DNA of 27,540 bases from Allobaculum fili (GTDB lineage: Bacteria; Bacillota_I; Bacilli_A; Erysipelotrichales; Erysipelotrichaceae), in the NCBI RefSeq assembly GCF_020969955.1, contig NZ_JAHDSX010000033.1:1-27540 (forward strand). The letters are read 5' to 3'. The notes under the pieces were generated by a model. The model had not been told where the DNA came from. It ran no database searches and saw only the letters and a program-made list of their open reading frames with translations. Within the stretch, counting starts at the first letter, position 1; each line of letters begins with the position of its first letter. The position numbers and the translations under genes were made by a program. Shown in pieces: positions 1 to 8,336 of this stretch.

Positions 1-119
1 ATGAAATCGCGGTAGATGTATTGAAGTCACTTCTGCCGTATTCAAAGGATTTACCTGAATATCTTCGAATTGGATACCGTGGACCGGATCCGAAGTATGA
101 AGAAAACGATGAAGAATAA
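1..119 (+). CDS. 3' end of an unidentified protein-coding gene (partial; continues upstream of the window)
   Basis: Frame 3 is the only frame open from base 3 to the TAA at 117-119 (EIAVDVLKSLLPYSKDLPEYLRIGYRGPDPKYEENDEE*). Frames 1 and 2 stop within the first 15 nt. A hairpin plus T-run follows at 132-158. Too short to assign a family. Confidence 0.4.
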   Translation, partial: EIAVDVLKSLLPYSKDLPEYLRIGYRGPDPKYEENDEE

Positions 120-131
120 AAAATACGTCAA

Positions 132-158
132 GCGGGATCTCGAAAGGGATCCCGTTTA
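132..158 (+). terminator. Probable intrinsic terminator of the partial upstream gene
   Basis: CGGGATC (133-139) pairs with GATCCCG (148-154) around an 8-nt loop and is followed by TTT. The T-run is short, so support is only moderate. Confidence 0.4.
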
Positions 159-221
159 GCGTATCTAATATTCAGTCTCGCGTATACCCGTCGATTGTTT
201 GACACTTACCATGCTTCTCAT

Positions 222-255
222 GAAAAAAGACTCTGAAGATCAGTCCTTCAGAGTC
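222..255 (-). terminator. Intrinsic terminator overlapping the 3' end of the 156-aa membrane protein gene
   Basis: Perfect 10-bp stem GACTCTGAAG (229-238) / CTTCAGAGTC (246-255) with a 7-nt loop that contains the TGA stop. On the minus strand the stem is followed by TTTTTT (plus-strand A-run 223-228). Confidence 0.65.
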
Positions 256-710
256 ATCATTTCGTTCATTTTAAAGCAGAACGCGAAGTAGAAAACAAAG
301 CCAAACACCATTCCGATCACCAGAAACCATACGTTCCAGGCATCCGGAATTCCCAGCCATACGGCTGCGGCGCGGGAATTGGCGGTGTTGTAGTAATAGG
401 TGTAGCCGTTGAGCAGCAGGCAGCCAAAGCAGAGATACGGCATCATGCGCGAAGTCGCGGAAATTTCGCGGACCTGCTTATCGTCGATCGCCTCAAGCGT
501 CTTCTTCTGCTTGCGCGTCATTTTGCGGATGACATCCTTGTTGTCTTCGAGCTGTTTTTTGCGCTTTCTGGCCAGATGCACGCAATACGCAGCCGTAATG
601 ACGACCGCCGCATTGGCAACCGCATACCAGCCGACATAGGCACAAAGGGCCATCATCAAGATCTGGCCGATGCCGTAAACCATCCAGGTTCGGCTTAAAA
701 ACTGTTTCAT
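240..710 (-). CDS. Small integral membrane protein, function unknown (156 aa)
   Basis: ATG at 710 is preceded by a GGAAGGGAAAG SD. Hydrophobic segments lie at both ends (about 2 N-terminal and 3 C-terminal by eye). They are separated by a highly charged stretch (ARKRKKQLEDNKDVIRKMTRKQKKTLEAIDDKQVRE). It has its own terminator. No family recognised. Confidence 0.6.
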   Translation of the reverse strand: MKQFLSRTWMVYGIGQILMMALCAYVGWYAVANAAVVITAAYCVHLARKRKKQLEDNKDVIRKMTRKQKKTLEAIDDKQVREISATSRMMPYLCFGCLLLNGYTYYYNTANSRAAAVWLGIPDAWNVWFLVIGMVFGFVFYFAFCFKMNEMMTLKD

Positions 711-992
711 ATCTTTCCCTTCCGGCAGTGCCCGTTTATCGCACAGAACTTTGCCGGTTTCCTTCCTTCAATCTCCCGGATCTGCCTTTTCCCCATTCCA
801 GTTTGATTCACTGAGACTGGTGAACCATCGAAACGGAAAATTCCAAAAGACCGATCGATCCGCAAACAGATCCATAATATCCAGATTCGAGCGGTTTAGA
901 AAATACCATTTCAAAAGGCGATGCAAAATCTGTCTTCCCCCGTGCGGACAAAGGTATTTTGCCAGAAGTTCAGGCTCTCTTTTGCAGCCAGG

Positions 993-1020
993 GAAAAAGG
1001 CGCGATCGTTCTCGCGCCTT
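993..1020 (-). terminator. Intrinsic terminator downstream of the histidine kinase gene
   Basis: 9-bp stem AAGGCGCGA (997-1005) / TCGCGCCTT (1012-1020) with a 6-nt loop. On the minus strand it is followed by TTTTTCCC (plus-strand A-run 994-998). It lies about 40 nt after the kinase stop. Confidence 0.6.
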
Positions 1021-1060
1021 CTGGCTGTTACACATGGATTTGCATATAGACCGGATCGGA

Positions 1061-2290
1061 TCAGGCCGCTGCGTGAAGAACGACCGTAAAGGTGGTCCAG
1101 CCGCCATGGCAGTCAACTTCAATCTTGCCTTTGTGCCGGTTCACGATGCTTTTGGCGATGGCCAGTCCGAGACCGTACCGGCCGGAGGAACGGTTTCTCG
1201 ATTCATCGGCACGATAGAAGCGTTCGAAAATCTTTTCCCTTTGATCGGGCGGAATCGGAACGCCGGTATTGGAAACCGAAAGCAGAACGTCTTTTCCCTG
1301 CCGGCGAAGCGTGACCGCGATCTTTCCATCGGAATGCGCCGCCGCATTATCGAGCAGAATGGCGATCACCTGTTCGAGCATAGACGACTGACCGTTCACC
1401 GTAAGATCCGGTTCGATGGTTTCGCTCAGCTCAATATGATGTTCAAACATGACCGCTTCCTGAATCAGGCACTGCTTTTCCACAAGACGGGAAAGGTTGA
1501 CCGGAAGCATCTGGATTTCCTGCTGCTCGTTTCGCGTCAGATCCAGCAGATCGGTAATCAGACCGTTCATGCGGCTGGCTTCTTCTTCAATATTGGAAAG
1601 CCATTTGGGGTTCGGGTCCTTTTCCATGGCTTCAGCATTGGCCAGAATGACCGCGACCGGCGTCTTCAGTTCATGGGACGCGTCGGCGATAAACTGGCGC
1701 TGCTTCTTGAATGTCTCTTCGATTGGGCCGATCATCCAGGCTGCCGCCTTGCGGCAGGCGATGTACAGCAGGCCTTCAAAGCCGATGCCGATCAGGATGG
1801 ATATGAACAGATGGCTGATCAGTTCGTTGCGGATGGCGGTTACGTCGATCATCATCACCATATTGTTGGACGGATGATAGCACACGTAGCTGCTCACCAG
1901 AAGGTTGCCGATCGCCGGATTCGTATCCGGGCGGCTCGTTTTCTCGACGAACTGCGCTTTCTCGACAATCTTGTTGATCGTCCCTTCATCTGTATCCTGC
2001 GTGGTCAGAAAATGCATGGGCTTCTGCGCGTTATTGAAGACGATCATGTAGACTGGATTTTCATAAAGCAGAGCCAGCCGGGAATCTTCATCTTCGTCCT
2101 GCGGAAACGGACCAAGCGCGGTCGGATTCCAGAGTTCGCGGGTCATTTCCGAAATCTCCAGAATACTGGCGGATAGATCGTTTTGTACGGTCGCGTAGTT
2201 CTGAAAATCAAAGACGCCGACAATCAGCCAGACCATGATGCTCAGCAGCCCGAACAGGGTGAGCATCATCTTCCGACGAAGTTCATTCAT
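1061..2290 (-). CDS. Sensor histidine kinase (HisKA + HATPase_c), two-TM periplasmic-loop type
   Basis: 409 aa. Two hydrophobic segments flank an extracytoplasmic loop of roughly 130 aa. H-box FIADASHELKTPV, N-box LLDNAAAHS, G-boxes SNTGVPIP and GRYGLGLAIAKSIV. The start overlaps the response regulator stop (ATGAATGA at 2283-2290). Confidence 0.9.
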   Translation of the reverse strand: MNELRRKMMLTLFGLLSIMVWLIVGVFDFQNYATVQNDLSASILEISEMTRELWNPTALGPFPQDEDEDSRLALLYENPVYMIVFNNAQKPMHFLTTQDTDEGTINKIVEKAQFVEKTSRPDTNPAIGNLLVSSYVCYHPSNNMVMMIDVTAIRNELISHLFISILIGIGFEGLLYIACRKAAAWMIGPIEETFKKQRQFIADASHELKTPVAVILANAEAMEKDPNPKWLSNIEEEASRMNGLITDLLDLTRNEQQEIQMLPVNLSRLVEKQCLIQEAVMFEHHIELSETIEPDLTVNGQSSMLEQVIAILLDNAAAHSDGKIAVTLRRQGKDVLLSVSNTGVPIPPDQREKIFERFYRADESRNRSSGRYGLGLAIAKSIVNRHKGKIEVDCHGGWTTFTVVLHAAA

Positions 2291-2966
2291 CTTTCATCCC
2301 CATGCGATAGCCCAGACCGCGTACCGATTTCAGTTCCACTTTGGAACCGAGCAGACGCAGCTTCTTTCTCAGAAAGGAAAGATAGGCTTCCAGATTATTG
2401 GATTCAATATTGTTGTCCCAGCCCCACACTTTGGAGTACAGCTGATCCCGGCTGAGAATCTGTCCTGGATGGGAAAGGAAATATTCGAGAAGCGTGTATT
2501 CCTTGCCGGCAATCGGAATGCTTTCGCCGCTTTCCCGGCTTTTGAGCATGCACGACTGCAGATCCAGTGAAATGTCGCCATATTCAAGCTTATTGGATTT
2601 CACGGCGCTCGTTTTCTTCAGCTGGATATCGACACGGGCCAGCAGTTCTTCCATATGAAACGGCTTGGTCATGTAGTCGTCCGCTCCATTTTTCAGACCG
2701 GCCAGCTTATCGCTCAGTTCGCCGCGTGCCGTCAGCATGATCACCCGGGTTTCCGGAGCCAGCACTCGAATATCTTCGAGAATTTCAAAGCCGTCTTTTT
2801 TTGGCAGCATTACATCGAGAATAACCAGATCGTAAATGCCGCTGGACGCCTTTTCGGATCCCGTTTCTCCATCAAACGCCAGATCCACACTGTAGGCATT
2901 CTGGCGAAGCATCGCGGCTGTCGCTTCGGCCAGACGCGTTTCATCTTCCACAATTAAAATTTTCAT
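2283..2966 (-). CDS. OmpR/PhoB-family response regulator (227 aa)
   Basis: Receiver domain (MKILIVEDE, DLVILDVMLPKKDGF, MTKPF) plus a winged-helix output domain (KEYTLLEYF, VWGWD, RGLGYRM). I place the start at ATG 2966, which has a GGAAAGGAG SD just upstream, rather than at the TTG at 3086 used by the ORF track. Confidence 0.9.
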   Translation of the reverse strand: MKILIVEDETRLAEATAAMLRQNAYSVDLAFDGETGSEKASSGIYDLVILDVMLPKKDGFEILEDIRVLAPETRVIMLTARGELSDKLAGLKNGADDYMTKPFHMEELLARVDIQLKKTSAVKSNKLEYGDISLDLQSCMLKSRESGESIPIAGKEYTLLEYFLSHPGQILSRDQLYSKVWGWDNNIESNNLEAYLSFLRKKLRLLGSKVELKSVRGLGYRMGMKDE

Positions 2967-3364
2967 ATTCGGCTCCTTTCCAGAAACCGGCCTTTCGCCG
3001 ATTTTTTCGATATATATTTTTGTCTGTTTACGATTTCGATCCAGGAAAGCTTCCCGATCCATCGTTTCTTTTTTCATTTGCGGCAAGCGTGCCGAGGACA
3101 GCAGGCTGTCGACTCCGTTTCCAGACTCAGAGAAATTTCAGGTCCAACCGTCTTTTGACGGCTGCTGGATCGGTACGCTCCCGGATTTTTTCAGCTTCTA
3201 TTTTAGCGGGGAAGCTGAAAGAAACTTTAAAGTTTACTTTTTTCGAATGGACTTCGTAAAGATAAAAAAGCCAAAAATACGACAGGTAAAGGAAAAAGAC
3301 ACGCCTTGCCAAAATGGGCAACGCGTTTTCTTCCGCCCTCGTTTCATTTTTTTGAAATTAATAC

Positions 3365-3393
3365 TTGCACGATCGGACCGCTTTGGGTATGAT
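3365..3393 (+). promoter_or_regulatory. Sigma70/SigA-type promoter of tRNA operon 1
   Basis: TTGCAC (3365-3370), exact 17-nt spacer, TATGAT (3388-3393), about 20 nt upstream of tRNA-Val. Confidence 0.55.
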
Positions 3394-3412
3394 GATCAAG
3401 CGTTAAGCGAAT

Positions 3413-3488
3413 GGAGGCTTAGCTCAGTTGGGAGAGCGTCTGCCTTACAAGCAGAGGGTCAGCGGTTCGAGCCCGTTAGCCTCCACCA
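3413..3488 (+). tRNA. tRNA-Val (anticodon TAC), CCA encoded
   Basis: Acceptor GGAGGCT/AGCCTCC, D-arm TAGCTCAGTTGGGAGAGC, anticodon stem TCTGC/GCAGA with loop CTTACAA, T-loop GGTTCGAGCC, 3' ACCA. 76 nt. Confidence 0.93.
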
Positions 3489-3491
3489 TTT

Positions 3492-3567
<76 letters not shown>

Positions 3568-3575
3568 TTTTTCCT

Positions 3576-3651
3576 GACTCGGTAGCTCAGTTGGTAGAGC
3601 ACTTGACTTTTAATCAAGGGGTCCAGGGTTCGAATCCCTGCCGAGTCACCA
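3576..3651 (+). tRNA. tRNA-Lys (anticodon TTT), CCA encoded
   Basis: Acceptor GACTCGG/CCGAGTC, anticodon stem CTTGA/TCAAG with loop CTTTTAA, T-loop GGTTCGAATCC, 3' ACCA. 76 nt. Confidence 0.93.
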
Positions 3652-3662
3652 TTTTTATTTTT

Positions 3663-3736
3663 GCAGGTGTAGTTCAATGGTAGAACTTCAGCCTTCCAAG
3701 CTGACTACGTGAGTTCGATTCTCATCACCTGCTCCA
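3663..3736 (+). tRNA. tRNA-Gly (anticodon TCC), CCA encoded
   Basis: Acceptor GCAGGTG/CACCTGC, short D-loop AGTTCAATGGTAGAAC, anticodon stem TCAGC/GCTGA with loop CTTCCAA, T-loop AGTTCGATTCT, discriminator T then CCA. 74 nt. Confidence 0.92.
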
Positions 3737-3842
3737 TTTTTTTGGCAGTCCGCCGCCTGACCCCTCTGCACTATATATTTCTTCATGTCAGGTCTGGGCT
3801 TTAAATATAGAGCGTTCAGTCATGCAGGCTGACCACAACGTC

Positions 3843-3868
3843 CCGGGATGCTCACCCGGTATTTTTTT
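3843..3868 (+). terminator. Possible intrinsic terminator of tRNA operon 1
   Basis: CCGGG (3843-3847) / CCCGG (3855-3859), 7-nt loop, then TATTTTTTT. The stem is only 5 bp (all GC), so this is tentative. A T-run also directly follows tRNA-Gly (3737-3743). Confidence 0.35.
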
Positions 3869-4094
3869 GCCATTTTTTCGGATCTGGCTGCTCGTATGGC
3901 AGGCAAACCGTATTTTGCCGCTGCCTCTTTCCTTTCTGTATTTCTGAAACCGGCAAAGGCAAACATCCGCCTTCCAGACGCACATGCGGTTGCCTGGCTC
4001 CAGAGATGCAGAGGCGGACCTGGCGCATTTTCTTCCCTGCAGTTCTTCCTGCCTTTCTTCCCTTTTCCGATTTTTCAAAGTCAGGTTTACTTTC

Positions 4095-4123
4095 TTGCAA
4101 ATGAAAAATGAATGAGCTACAAT
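4095..4123 (+). promoter_or_regulatory. Sigma70/SigA-type promoter of tRNA operon 2
   Basis: TTGCAA (4095-4100), exact 17-nt spacer, TACAAT (4118-4123), about 20 nt upstream of the second tRNA-Val. Confidence 0.6.
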
Positions 4124-4142
4124 GATCAGGCATTCAGCAAGA

Positions 4143-4218
4143 GGAGGCTTAGCTCAGTTGGGAGAGCGTCTGCCTTACAAGCAGAGGGTCAGCGGTTCGA
4201 GCCCGTTAGCCTCCACCA
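4143..4218 (+). tRNA. tRNA-Val (anticodon TAC), second copy
   Basis: Identical in sequence to 3413-3488. Confidence 0.93.
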
Positions 4219-4221
4219 TTC

Positions 4222-4297
<76 letters not shown>

Positions 4298-4305
4298 CTT
4301 AAAAT

Positions 4306-4381
4306 GACTCGGTAGCTCAGTTGGTAGAGCACTTGACTTTTAATCAAGGGGTCCAGGGTTCGAATCCCTGCCGAGTCACCA
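4306..4381 (+). tRNA. tRNA-Lys (anticodon TTT), second copy
   Basis: Identical in sequence to 3576-3651. Confidence 0.93.
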
Positions 4382-4391
4382 TTTGAAAATT

Positions 4392-4413
4392 CGCTCCGCA
4401 AGGAGCTTTTTTT
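4392..4413 (+). terminator. Intrinsic terminator of tRNA operon 2
   Basis: GCTCC (4393-4397), GCAA tetraloop, GGAGC (4402-4406), followed by TTTTTTT (4407-4413). Confidence 0.7.
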
Positions 4414-4640
4414 ATTGTCTTTTTCTTTGTACTGCTTTCTATGCGCAGCTTTCCTTAGACAGCCTGTCGATCCGGCGCTTTTCTTCTCTGCCGCTCCGAC
4501 AGGCTTTTTCTGTTTCTAAAACCGCCGCTCGACGGTCCGGCCGATCCGGCTGGGATCAAACCCAGGAGCATGACTCCCCGAGCAGCACAGAGACGAGAGC
4601 GTCCAGATAATCCTTTTTGCGCAGCTGCTGTGCGGACATA

Positions 4641-4672
4641 CCAAAAGAGGCGCCCATGGAAAGGTGCCTCTT
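4641..4672 (-). terminator. Probable terminator of the first LtaS-family gene
   Basis: 10-bp stem AAGAGGCGCC (4645-4654) / GGTGCCTCTT (4663-4672) with one G-T wobble and an 8-nt loop. On the minus strand it runs into CTCTTTTGG. It lies about 38 nt after the stop at 4710. The T-run is short. Confidence 0.45.
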
Positions 4673-4709
4673 ATCGTTCATTCTGGAATGCTTCGCATTT
4701 CGTTTCTGT

Positions 4710-6362
4710 TTATTCTTCTTCGAATACAGGAAGTCTTGGCGTCTGATGACTGGACGAACTCGACGAATCGTCGCGGTTGAAGAAGAAGGGCAAGAAGCCG
4801 TCGTCCTCTTCTTCCGGCGTATAGCCGTCGTTTTTGAGAATTTCGTCTTCAAACCGTTTGGATCGATAGGCGATCTGCGTATTGAGATCATCAAAGCCAA
4901 ACTCTTCGCAAAGCGTCGGAACATCCGCGTACAGGGACGTTCCCAGGCCGAGCTTGTGACCCTGAATCGTAAAGCCCATCGCTTCGAGCGTCGTCGGGAA
5001 AATATCGAGCGTGCAGTAATCGCGGGTTCGATCGAGCGTATAGGGCGCGCCGTTGATAACCGTAAAATAGGTCCGTCTTGGGAAATCGATGCCGACGCTC
5101 TGGTTGATCAGGCTGTCCATGGAAAGATGGTCGCCGGAAATCATGATAACCGTATCGTCATAAAAATCCTGCTGCTGGATCCATTCGACAAATTCCGCGA
5201 TCCGCTTGTCGGAGCAGCGGATGACGTTTTCATACTGCTCATCAAAATCATCCGGGCAGTTCTTGCACAAATAGCCGTCCTTGAAGTGGGTGTCCGCTGT
5301 AAGCATGGTAAAATTAAACGGTTCGTCATGCGCGGCAAGTTTTGTAATTTTCTCTTTGGCAAAGCGGATCAGCTTTTCATCTTCAAAGCCCCACCACTCG
5401 TCATAGTTTTCCGGAATGTCGCCTTCGTCGCGCGCGGTCTGTACATCGTAAATTTCATAGTTTCCGTGCTGGCGGAAGTAGTTGGCGCGTCCCGCATAGC
5501 TGGCTTCGGAACCGCACATGAAATAGTTCGTATAGCCTTCCTGTTCCAGAATGTCGCCAAGACTGACGACTTTCGGAAGAAAGAGCATCGATTCCGAGAA
5601 GGTGTGATTGTACTGCGAGTTAGAAATGCCAAGGGGCGTTCCGGACGTCTGCGCGCAAAGACCGGCAACTGTCCAGGACGTCTGGCTGGTCACCTGACCG
5701 CCGTTAAGACAGATATCCCCTTGTGCGGAAAAGTCGGTATTTTCCTTAGCGATCCGGGTAAGGTTAGGGATCAGATCCGCATCAAATCCGCCGCCGTGTT
5801 CCCTGTCGGAAAATGTGGCTTCCATCGACTCCAGATAAATGCAGATGATGTTTTTCTTTTTCGCCGGGACCTGAATCAAGTCGGCTTCCGGTTTGACGTA
5901 ATGGTTTTCGTAGAGCGTGGAAATCTTGTTCTGTTCTTCGATGTACTGATCAATTTTCAGCGCTTCATAGCCTTTCTGAAGCTGAGAAATCATCAGTCCC
6001 ACGCAGCCCGTCATGCACAGCAGGCTGCCGCAGTTGATCGCCTTGATCGCATTCGACGCCATCCACTTTTTGCGGGTATGCGTGCGGTTCTTTCTGGAAA
6101 GCTGGCTGTGGAGCAGAAAGCCGTACAGCAGCGTTCCCAGGACAATCCAAAGCGCGTAATTCAGCAGAAAGCCCTGCAGGATCTGGACGATGGTATTGCT
6201 GGCACCGCCCATGCCCACCTGCATCGTATACAGGAACTGGGAAAAGGATTCGACCTGAATCACCTGCGTGATGTACTGGACCGCATACGCCAGTATGCAC
6301 CCCAGAATAAAGAATATATAGGCAATAGTACCCAGAAGAATGGTCAGTTTCTTACGTGACAT
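4710..6362 (-). CDS. LTA synthase (LtaS)/phosphoglycerol-transferase-family membrane sulfatase-fold enzyme (550 aa)
   Basis: About three N-terminal hydrophobic segments precede an extracytoplasmic alkaline-phosphatase-superfamily domain. Metal/nucleophile-type motifs: IYLESMEATF, SWTVAG, MLTADTHF, SGDHLSMD. Clear paralogue of 16783-18840. Acidic/Ser-rich C-terminal tail. Confidence 0.85.
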   Translation of the reverse strand: MSRKKLTILLGTIAYIFFILGCILAYAVQYITQVIQVESFSQFLYTMQVGMGGASNTIVQILQGFLLNYALWIVLGTLLYGFLLHSQLSRKNRTHTRKKWMASNAIKAINCGSLLCMTGCVGLMISQLQKGYEALKIDQYIEEQNKISTLYENHYVKPEADLIQVPAKKKNIICIYLESMEATFSDREHGGGFDADLIPNLTRIAKENTDFSAQGDICLNGGQVTSQTSWTVAGLCAQTSGTPLGISNSQYNHTFSESMLFLPKVVSLGDILEQEGYTNYFMCGSEASYAGRANYFRQHGNYEIYDVQTARDEGDIPENYDEWWGFEDEKLIRFAKEKITKLAAHDEPFNFTMLTADTHFKDGYLCKNCPDDFDEQYENVIRCSDKRIAEFVEWIQQQDFYDDTVIMISGDHLSMDSLINQSVGIDFPRRTYFTVINGAPYTLDRTRDYCTLDIFPTTLEAMGFTIQGHKLGLGTSLYADVPTLCEEFGFDDLNTQIAYRSKRFEDEILKNDGYTPEEEDDGFLPFFFNRDDSSSSSSHQTPRLPVFEEE

Positions 6363-6633
6363 GCCCCATATTGTAATGCTTCCTTATCGCATTTCAATTG
6401 CGAGGCTGAAGTTTTAACGGAGGGCTAGTCAATGTTGAGAATCTTTTAATATGTCTTCATTTAATGAAACCGGTATCTTTCAAAAGCGAAAGCATTTCTC
6501 GCCGCCTGCAGAACGCCCGCTTTCCCTTTTCTCAAAGCGTCGGACGGCGTATCTTGCGGTGTATCTGCCCCGCTCGTCGATGTTTTCCGGAACAGCGGGA
6601 AAAAGGCTCCGTTTCAAGTCCTCCATTCCATAT

Positions 6634-6675
6634 GAAAAAGCGATGATTGCTGATCTTCTGGATCGAATCATCGCT
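6634..6675 (-). terminator. Intrinsic terminator of the ilvD-ridA operon
   Basis: 10-bp stem AGCGATGATT (6639-6648) / AATCATCGCT (6666-6675). On the minus strand it is followed by TTTTTCATATGG (plus-strand A-run 6635-6639). It lies about 55 nt after the ridA stop. The 17-nt loop is rather large. Confidence 0.55.
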
Positions 6676-6729
6676 TCTGGCTTTTTCCGTCAATTTTCTG
6701 CGTTTTCTGCAGTTGCAGTTTGGCTGGAA

Positions 6730-7101
6730 TTACAGTTCGGCAATTACTTCCACTTCAACGAGAACGCCTTTGGGCAGATCCTTGACGGCTACGCAGCTGC
6801 GTGCCGGCTTTTCGGTAAAGGTGTTCGCGTACACGGCGTTGAAGGCCGCAAAGTCTTCGATATTGGCCAGGAAGCAGGTGGTCTTCACAGCCTTTTTCGG
6901 GCTGGTTCCGGCTGCTTCGAGAACGGCGGTCAGATTTTTCATGACCTGTTCGGTCTGCTCTTCAATGGTCACAGCTTCGACGGCGCCGGTTGCCGGATTG
7001 ATCGGAATCTGTCCGGACGTAAATACGAGGCCGTTTACGACAGCCGCCTGACAGTATGGCCCGATGGCCGCTGGAGCGTTCGGTGTAGAAATCTGTTTCA
7101 T
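6730..7101 (-). CDS. ridA: RidA family reactive enamine/imine deaminase (YjgF/YER057c/UK114)
   Basis: 123 aa. N terminus MKQISTPNAPAAIGPYCQA, then GQIPINPATG and a C-terminal VEVEVIA, all typical of RidA. GGAAAGGA SD 5 nt upstream. Confidence 0.9.
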   Translation of the reverse strand: MKQISTPNAPAAIGPYCQAAVVNGLVFTSGQIPINPATGAVEAVTIEEQTEQVMKNLTAVLEAAGTSPKKAVKTTCFLANIEDFAAFNAVYANTFTEKPARSCVAVKDLPKGVLVEVEVIAEL

Positions 7102-7142
7102 AAAGGTCCTTTCCAGATCGAAGTTCAGGCTCTTTGCTCTCT

Positions 7143-8336
7143 TTAAAGGAGCTGGAAGCCTTCTTCGATCAGCGTTTTCTCGACCAGATCGATATGGTCC
7201 TGGTCGCGGGTTTCAATATTGATGCGCAAAACGCAGTCGGTAATCGATGCGCCTTCGCTCGCTTTTTCATAGAAGACGCTGTCCACATTGGCCCCTAAGG
7301 AAGCGAGCAGCGCGGAGACTTTGGCCAGCTGACCTGGACGGTCGGAAAGCTGAATCGCCAGAGTCGCGCTGCGGCCGGACGTGAGAAGACCGCGTTCAAT
7401 GACTTTCGAAAGAATGGTTACGTCGATGTTGCCCCCCGAGAGGATGCAGACAATGTTCTTGCCTTCGGTCGGGATTTTGTCGAACATGACCGCGGCTACC
7501 GATACGGCGCCGGCGCCTTCGGTGATGAGCTTCTGCGTTTCGATCAGCTTCAGAATGGCGGTCGCGACTTCATCGTCGTTAACCGTGACAATTTCATCAA
7601 CATACTTGCGGCAAAGATCGAACGTGTGTTCGCCAGGTTCTTTTACCTGGATGCCGTCGGCGACGGTACGGACTTTATCGAGGCAGACGATGCGCTCTTC
7701 TTCCAGAGACGCCGCCATGCTTGGCGCGCCTTCGGCCTGTACGCCGTACACTTTAACGTCTGGGCGCAAGGTTTTGATGGCGTAGGCGACACCGGAAATC
7801 AGCCCACCGCCGCCAACGGGAACTACGACCGCGTCAAGATCATCGATCTGATCGAGAATTTCGAGACCGATCGTTCCCTGACCGGCGATGACGAGTTCAT
7901 CGTCGAACGGATGAATGAACGTATAGCCCATTTCGTCGCGCAGACGCAGGGCTTCCGCATAGGCATCATCATATACGCCCGGAACGAGAACGACCTGCGC
8001 GCCATAGCTGCGGGTCGCTTCAACTTTGGAAATCGGGGCGCCTTCCGGCAGACAGATGATGGCGGGAATGCCGCAGGCCTGGGCGGCGAGCGCTACGCCC
8101 TGGGCATGGTTGCCCGCGGAGCAGGCGATGACGCCGTGCGCTTTTTCTTCTTCCGAAAGCTGAGAAATCTTAAAGCTGGCGCCGCGCAGCTTGAACGAGC
8201 CGGTTTTCTGCAGGTTTTCGGTTTTCAGAAATACATTGCAGCCGCTTTTAATCTTGGCAGCGGGGATAAGGTCCGTCTGACGGGCGATGTCCTTGAGGAC
8301 ATAACGGGCCTGGTAAATCTTTTCAAGCGTTAACAT
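7143..8336 (-). CDS. ilvA: Threonine ammonia-lyase (threonine dehydratase) with C-terminal ACT-like domain
   Basis: 397 aa. PLP-lysine motif KTENLQKTGSFKLRGA, SAGNHAQGVA, glycine loop VPVGGGGLISG. The C-terminal roughly 75 aa are ACT-like (TLAIQLSDRPGQLAKVSALLASLGANV). The AAGGAAGG SD lies inside the preceding gene. Confidence 0.9.
   Translation of the reverse strand: MLTLEKIYQARYVLKDIARQTDLIPAAKIKSGCNVFLKTENLQKTGSFKLRGASFKISQLSEEEKAHGVIACSAGNHAQGVALAAQACGIPAIICLPEGAPISKVEATRSYGAQVVLVPGVYDDAYAEALRLRDEMGYTFIHPFDDELVIAGQGTIGLEILDQIDDLDAVVVPVGGGGLISGVAYAIKTLRPDVKVYGVQAEGAPSMAASLEEERIVCLDKVRTVADGIQVKEPGEHTFDLCRKYVDEIVTVNDDEVATAILKLIETQKLITEGAGAVSVAAVMFDKIPTEGKNIVCILSGGNIDVTILSKVIERGLLTSGRSATLAIQLSDRPGQLAKVSALLASLGANVDSVFYEKASEGASITDCVLRINIETRDQDHIDLVEKTLIEEGFQLL

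Noticed and set aside
240-2966. The two-component system plus the downstream small membrane protein as a novel sensing module.
   Set aside because: It is an ordinary OmpR/HisKA pair. The membrane protein is separated from it by 350 nt and an intrinsic terminator (993-1020), so it is probably an independent unit. Nothing in the sequence links them functionally.
2967-3086. N-terminal extensions in the ORF track: response regulator to 3086; ilvE to 21381; ATPase to 27382; CAP protein to 12808; small protein to 19446.
   Set aside because: In each case an internal ATG with a well-spaced GGAGG-type SD coincides with where the conserved domain begins. Several of the extended starts are TTG codons without an SD.
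3788-4133. Three overlapping 87-96-aa ORFs in the spacer between the tRNA operons. Also a 75-aa ORF at 4383-4610 and a 64-aa TTG-start ORF at 3127-3321.
   Set aside because: They lack SDs, overlap one another on both strands, have Arg/Cys/Lys-rich or implausible sequences, and overlap promoter or terminator elements.
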